Of a stretch of 64,000 nucleotides of DNA, positions 59,657-64,000 are shown piece after piece. The notes below the pieces were generated by a model. The model had not been told where the DNA came from. It saw only the letters and a program-made list of their open reading frames with translations, and made no database searches. The position numbers and the translations under genes are program-made. How positions within the stretch are numbered: the first letter of the stretch is position 1; each line of letters begins with the position of its first letter. Origin of the DNA: Anaeromyxobacter sp. (lineage in GTDB: Bacteria; Myxococcota; Myxococcia; Myxococcales; Anaeromyxobacteraceae); contig JASGJN010000013.1 in assembly GCA_049840735.1 (NCBI GenBank), positions 320,001 through 384,000 of the forward strand, given 5' to 3'.

Positions 59657-60469
59657 ATGAGCGCCCCCCGCCAGGCCCCCGCCGTCCCCCTGCTGCCGCA
59701 CGGAGACGCGCCGCGCCGCCGGCTCCGGCGCGTCTTCCTGGACGGCTTCCTGGCCCTGGACGTGGCCGAGCCGCTGGCCTCGTTCGACGCCGAGCGCCCC
59801 GCCGCCGAGGTGCGGGCCCTCCTGCAGGCGCGCGGGCAGGAACGCGTGGGCGTCCGGGTGGAGGGGCGGGTGCGCGGGTGGGCGGCCCGGGCCGAGCTGC
59901 GCGACGGCCCGCTGGGCGCGCACCTCCACCCGTTCGGCCCGGACGACCTCGTGCCCGAGGGCGCCTCGCTGCAGGAGGTGATCGCCTCGCTGGCCGTGAA
60001 CGAGCGCTGCTTCGTGACCGTGCTGGGCGAGGTGGCGGCGGTGGTCACGCTGCAGGACCTGGAGAAGCCGCCGGTGCGCATGTTCCTGTTCGGCATGATC
60101 ACCGTGCTGGAGATGTCGCTGACCGGCCTTCTGGAGAGCGCCTTCCCCCAGGACGGGTGGACGCGGGTGATCTCGCCGGGGCGGCTGGCCAAGGCGCGCG
60201 CGCTGCAGGAGGAGCGGCAGCGGCGGGGCGCGCCGGCGCGGCTGGTGGACTGCCTGCAGTTCTCGGACAAGGGGCAGCTGGCGCTCAAGGCCACCGGGTC
60301 GAAGCTGGAGGCCTCGCTGGGCATGTCGCGCCGCGGCCTGGAGCGCGCGCTCAAGGAGCTGGAGGAGCTGCGCAACAACCTGGCCCACGGGCAGCAGATC
60401 ATCCCGCAGGGCTGGTCGCGCATCGCGGTCTTCACCAGCCGGCTGGAGCAGCTCCTGACCGGGCTGTGA
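59657..60469 (+). CDS. Hypothetical protein with degenerate CBS-like N-terminus
   Basis: VVTLQDLEKPPVRMFLFGMI; C-terminal ELRNNLAH. Confidence 0.6.
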   Translation: MSAPRQAPAVPLLPHGDAPRRRLRRVFLDGFLALDVAEPLASFDAERPAAEVRALLQARGQERVGVRVEGRVRGWAARAELRDGPLGAHLHPFGPDDLVPEGASLQEVIASLAVNERCFVTVLGEVAAVVTLQDLEKPPVRMFLFGMITVLEMSLTGLLESAFPQDGWTRVISPGRLAKARALQEERQRRGAPARLVDCLQFSDKGQLALKATGSKLEASLGMSRRGLERALKELEELRNNLAHGQQIIPQGWSRIAVFTSRLEQLLTGL

Positions 60470-60478
60470 AGGCGGCGG

Positions 60479-61948
60479 CTACTGCACGGCGGAGAGCGTC
60501 AGCGGCACGGTGACGTCGATGGCCTCACCCTGGAAGGCGGGGAACACCAGCCGGCGGCCGGCGTTCCGGACGCAGCGGCCCAGCGTGGTCCGCTCGCGCT
60601 CGGCCTCGTCCAGGCGGGCGGCGGAGACGGTCCCGTCGGGCCGCACCGTGAGCAGCAGCGTCACCCGCTCCTCGGCGCCGGCGGTGCCCGCGCGGGCGAT
60701 GCAGGCGGAGAAGGCGCCGCGGTTCTCGTCGATGACGCGCGCCACCGCGGCCGGGTCCAGCGCCGCGCCGCCGCTGTCCAGGTCGAGGCGCTCGACCTGG
60801 GTGGCCGGCGCGGTCTCGTCTCCCTTGGCGGCCAGCAGGTCGAGCATGCGGCGATCGCGGGCGGCCAGGCGCCGCTGGGCCGGCCGGTCGGTGGCGCGCG
60901 CCGGGCGGGCCGGCGCGGCCGGCGGCTCCGCCACGGCCACCTGGGTCGGCTCGGGGACCGCCTCCGCCGGCGCGAGCTCGGCCGGCGCCGGCTCGGGCTC
61001 GGGCGCGGGAGGCGGCGGGGCCGGGGGCGGCGGCTTCGGCGCGGGCCGGGGCGCGACGGCCACCGGCGGCGGCGGGACCGGGCGCAGCCACCAGCCCAGC
61101 CCGCCCATCGCGCACAGCAGCAGCACGGCCGCGGCGGCCAGCAGCGGCGCGAGCCGGCGGCGGCGCCCCTTCTTCGCGGCCTGGTCCGCGGCGACGGTGG
61201 CCGCCGCCTCGACCGCCGCGGCCCCGTCGGCCGCCCAGGCCTCCAGCGCGTCGGGCGCGCCGGGCTCCGGAGGGAGCGGGGGCTCGGGGGCGAAGGCGTC
61301 GGCCTCCGCCGCGAGCGGTGCCGCGGCAGGCGGCGGGGGAGCGGGAGGCGGAGGCGCCACCGCGACGGGCGGTGGAGGGGGTGGAGGAGGCGCGACCGCG
61401 ACCGGCGGTGGAGCCGGGGGCGGAGGCGGGTCGAACAGGTCGGGCAGCTCCACGTCGACCGACGGAAGCGTGGGCTCCGGAGCGGGCGGAGGCGGGGCCG
61501 CGACGACCTCGGGCGGAGGCGGAAGCGGCGCAGGCTGCTCCGGGTGCTCCGCCAGCCAGGCCATCTCCGCGTCGGTCATGCCGTGCTTCGGAGCGGGCGT
61601 GGGAGCGAACGGGACGTGCCGCTGCGGGAGCGGAACGGGGGCCGAACCGGAACCGGATGCGGGACGGGAACCGGACGCGGACCCGGCCCCGGATGCGGAC
61701 CCGGTCGCGGCCCCCGGCACAGGCCCCGTGGCCAGCTCCGTGGTCGTCGGCGCGGTGATCGCACTCGCGGTGGGCGGCACGGGGGGCGGCGCCGCGGGCC
61801 GCACCGGCGCCGCCGTGGCGGCGGGGGCCCCCGGCCGCACCACGATGAGCTGGCCGCAGCCGCGGCACGCGACCTTGAACGCCCGGCCCTGGACCTTCTC
61901 GTCCGGGACCGAGTAGCGTCGGCCGCAGCGCTCGCAGGAGAAGTTCAC
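60479..61948 (-). CDS. Zinc-ribbon / Pro-rich / TM / TonB-C-like (AgmX/PglI-type) protein
   Basis: CERCGRRYSVPDEKV..ACRGC; C-terminal FSAC..VTLLLTVRPDGTV..LGRCV..FPAF. Confidence 0.8.
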   Translation of the reverse strand: MNFSCERCGRRYSVPDEKVQGRAFKVACRGCGQLIVVRPGAPAATAAPVRPAAPPPVPPTASAITAPTTTELATGPVPGAATGSASGAGSASGSRPASGSGSAPVPLPQRHVPFAPTPAPKHGMTDAEMAWLAEHPEQPAPLPPPPEVVAAPPPPAPEPTLPSVDVELPDLFDPPPPPAPPPVAVAPPPPPPPPVAVAPPPPAPPPPAAAPLAAEADAFAPEPPLPPEPGAPDALEAWAADGAAAVEAAATVAADQAAKKGRRRRLAPLLAAAAVLLLCAMGGLGWWLRPVPPPPVAVAPRPAPKPPPPAPPPPAPEPEPAPAELAPAEAVPEPTQVAVAEPPAAPARPARATDRPAQRRLAARDRRMLDLLAAKGDETAPATQVERLDLDSGGAALDPAAVARVIDENRGAFSACIARAGTAGAEERVTLLLTVRPDGTVSAARLDEAERERTTLGRCVRNAGRRLVFPAFQGEAIDVTVPLTLSAVQ

Positions 61949-62041
61949 GTGGCCGAAGATCCTACGGGTTCACGGCCAAGGGACGCAAATCCGCGGCGCG
62001 CCTCTTCCCCTACCCCGGGTGTGACCCGACCACCTCTGCGC

Positions 62042-64000
62042 CTAACGCCGCTCCGGGCCGCCGCCCGGGGGAAGCGGCGGAACGGCCTGGTTGCGCGGCG
62101 CGGCAGCTGGCGCGGCCCCGGCCTCCGCAGCCGGCGCAGGGCCGGCGATCAGGTGCAGGTCGCGCTGCGGGAACGGGATGGCGATGCCCTCGGCGGCCAG
62201 CCGCCGGCAGATCGCGGTCCGCAGCTCGCTCGCCACCTGCCCCCAGCCGTCCCACCGGCGGGTCCAGGCGCGCAGCTGGAAGGTGAGCGCGCTCTCCCCG
62301 AAGCCCGTGAAGAGCGCGGCCGGCGCGGGGTCGGCCAGCACGTCGGGGTGGGCCATGGCCAGCTCCAGCAGGAGCGCCACCACCCGGTCCGGATCCGTCC
62401 CGTACGCCACGCCCAGGTCGATCTCCATCCGGCGGGTCCGGTCGGAGAGGGTCCAGTTGACCAGGTGGCCGGAGATGAGGTCGGCGTTGGGCACCACCAC
62501 CTCGGCGCCCTGGAACGTGCCCAGCGTGCTGGAGCGGATGCCGATGCGCCGGACCACGCCGGAGAGCGCGCCGATCTCCACCACGTCGCCCACCTGCATG
62601 GGCCGCTCGTAGATGAGGATCAGCCCCGACACGAAGTTGTTCACCACGTTCTGCAGGCCGAAGCCGATGCCCACGCCCAGCGTACCGATCAGCACCGTGA
62701 AGCGGGTCATCTCCATGCCCGAGGCCATCAGCGCGAAGACCGCGCCCACGCCCACCACCGCGTACTGCGCGGTGCGCGAGACGGCCGCCGGGACGCCGCG
62801 CGGCAGCCCCCGCCCCTCCAGCCCTTCCTCCAGCACGAAGGCCACCAGGCGCGAGAGCAGCACCGCCGCCGCCAGCGTCACGCCGAAGCGGAGCAGGTCG
62901 CCCAGGGCCAGATCCAGCCCGCCCACCCGCAGGCGCCAGTCCAGCACGGCGCCCGCCGCCGCGGCGATGTGGCCGTCCACGTGGTAGGCGCGGGCCGTCA
63001 ACCAGAGCCAGGCCGCCACCGCCACCCAGCGGACCGCCACCCGCGTGCGATCCGCCAGCAGCTCCCCGTGGCGCGCCACCACCCCGACCCGGCGCGCGCC
63101 GGGCATCCGCAGCCCCCCGGCCGCCAGCGCCTGGAGCACCCGCTCCAGCCCGGCCAGGAGCACCGCGCCCGCGGACGAGACCAGCGTGCCGGAGGTGAGC
63201 AGCCGCGCCAGGTTCACGTTGCCGATCACGTTGGCCGCGACGGCCACGGCCAGCACCGCGGCCGTCCCCCACAGCGCCCAGACCGCCGGCCGGCGCCAGC
63301 CGGCGGACAGCTCGTCGGCCCAGACCGGGCGGTGGGTCGCCCGCCAGGCGGCCCCCAGCAGCAGGCCGTCCACCGCCAGCAGCACCAGCCGGCCCAGCAG
63401 CGAGTACTCCGGGGCCAGGCTGCCCAGCGCGTCGAGGGCGAACCCGATGGCCAGCGCGTGGACCCACCAGCGGGCGCGGACCGGCAGGAGCGCCCCCATG
63501 GCGCGCAGGAACGCGACCAGCATGCCCAGGAGCAGCAGCTCCCCGGCGATGAGCGGGGCGCGCGGGAGGGCGCGGAACGCCACCGCCAGGGTGATCAGCG
63601 CGGCGGCCGCGGCCGGGCGGGCCAGCACCTGCGCCGGCGCAGCCCAGACCGGCTCCGCCGCGGCCCCGGCCCCCAGCCGCCTCCCGATCCACCAGGCGGC
63701 CGCCGCCAGGGCGGCCAGCAGCGCCGCCAGCCCCACCAGCGCGGCGGCCTCGTCGCGCGCGAAGGCGGAGAGCGTGCCCCAGTGGAACTGGATCGAGCGC
63801 ACCGCCTGGTCGCGCAGGCTGGCGGGGCGGGCCGGCTGGAGCAGCAGCCGATGCAGCGGCACGCTCTCGATCTCGAACAGCTGCTCGGCCCGGGCCCGCT
63901 CCACCCGGTCGGCGCGGGCCAGCTCCCCGTCGATCTCCTGCCGCAGCGTGGCCACCCGGTCCTGCACCGCCAGCGAGGCGGCCCGCCGCTCCGCCGCCCG
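62042..64000 (-). CDS. Large MscS/MscK-like mechanosensitive channel (5' end outside window)
   Basis: GTLGVGIGFGLQNVVNNFVSGLILIYERP..GD, VPNADLI, NWT, GVAYGTDP, IPFPQRDL. Confidence 0.94.
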   Translation of the reverse strand, partial: RAAERRAASLAVQDRVATLRQEIDGELARADRVERARAEQLFEIESVPLHRLLLQPARPASLRDQAVRSIQFHWGTLSAFARDEAAALVGLAALLAALAAAAWWIGRRLGAGAAAEPVWAAPAQVLARPAAAAALITLAVAFRALPRAPLIAGELLLLGMLVAFLRAMGALLPVRARWWVHALAIGFALDALGSLAPEYSLLGRLVLLAVDGLLLGAAWRATHRPVWADELSAGWRRPAVWALWGTAAVLAVAVAANVIGNVNLARLLTSGTLVSSAGAVLLAGLERVLQALAAGGLRMPGARRVGVVARHGELLADRTRVAVRWVAVAAWLWLTARAYHVDGHIAAAAGAVLDWRLRVGGLDLALGDLLRFGVTLAAAVLLSRLVAFVLEEGLEGRGLPRGVPAAVSRTAQYAVVGVGAVFALMASGMEMTRFTVLIGTLGVGIGFGLQNVVNNFVSGLILIYERPMQVGDVVEIGALSGVVRRIGIRSSTLGTFQGAEVVVPNADLISGHLVNWTLSDRTRRMEIDLGVAYGTDPDRVVALLLELAMAHPDVLADPAPAALFTGFGESALTFQLRAWTRRWDGWGQVASELRTAICRRLAAEGIAIPFPQRDLHLIAGPAPAAEAGAAPAAAPRNQAVPPLPPGGGPERR

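Noticed and set aside
61300..61720. Short repeats in the AgmX-like gene
   Set aside because: Explained by Pro-rich and GSAS coding linker

Overview
High-GC, gene-dense chromosomal segment whose gene content (MCP/CheW, MJ0042-type zinc-ribbon proteins, ECF/anti-sigma/caspase module, PhaR and ArsA pair) suggests an Anaeromyxobacter-like myxobacterium; the taxon is inferred. About 55 genes: kup, MATE, archease and RtcB, two MCPs and CheW, YyaL-like protein, S9 peptidase, SWIM-SNF2 helicase, Tat-signal aldo/keto reductase, ltaE, an ECF sigma/anti-sigma/caspase/RCC1/cupredoxin operon with a divergent lipoprotein, SPFH, cydAB, GDPD, a TatA-like small protein, a PhaR/ParA/phasin-like/ArsA-pair cluster, acyl-CoA synthetase, metY, an HNH endonuclease, deoBC, two cation/H+ antiporters and three MscS-family genes. 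No rRNA, tRNA, cas genes or canonical CRISPR array were seen. Main observations: (1) the HNH gene has a ~560 nt non-coding upstream region with two structured 34-nt direct repeats; (2) a back-to-back duplicated motif probably defines the ECF promoter; (3) many frameshifts and odd substitutions fall at GATC sites, suggesting GATC methylation-linked read errors, so the split genes are probably intact.
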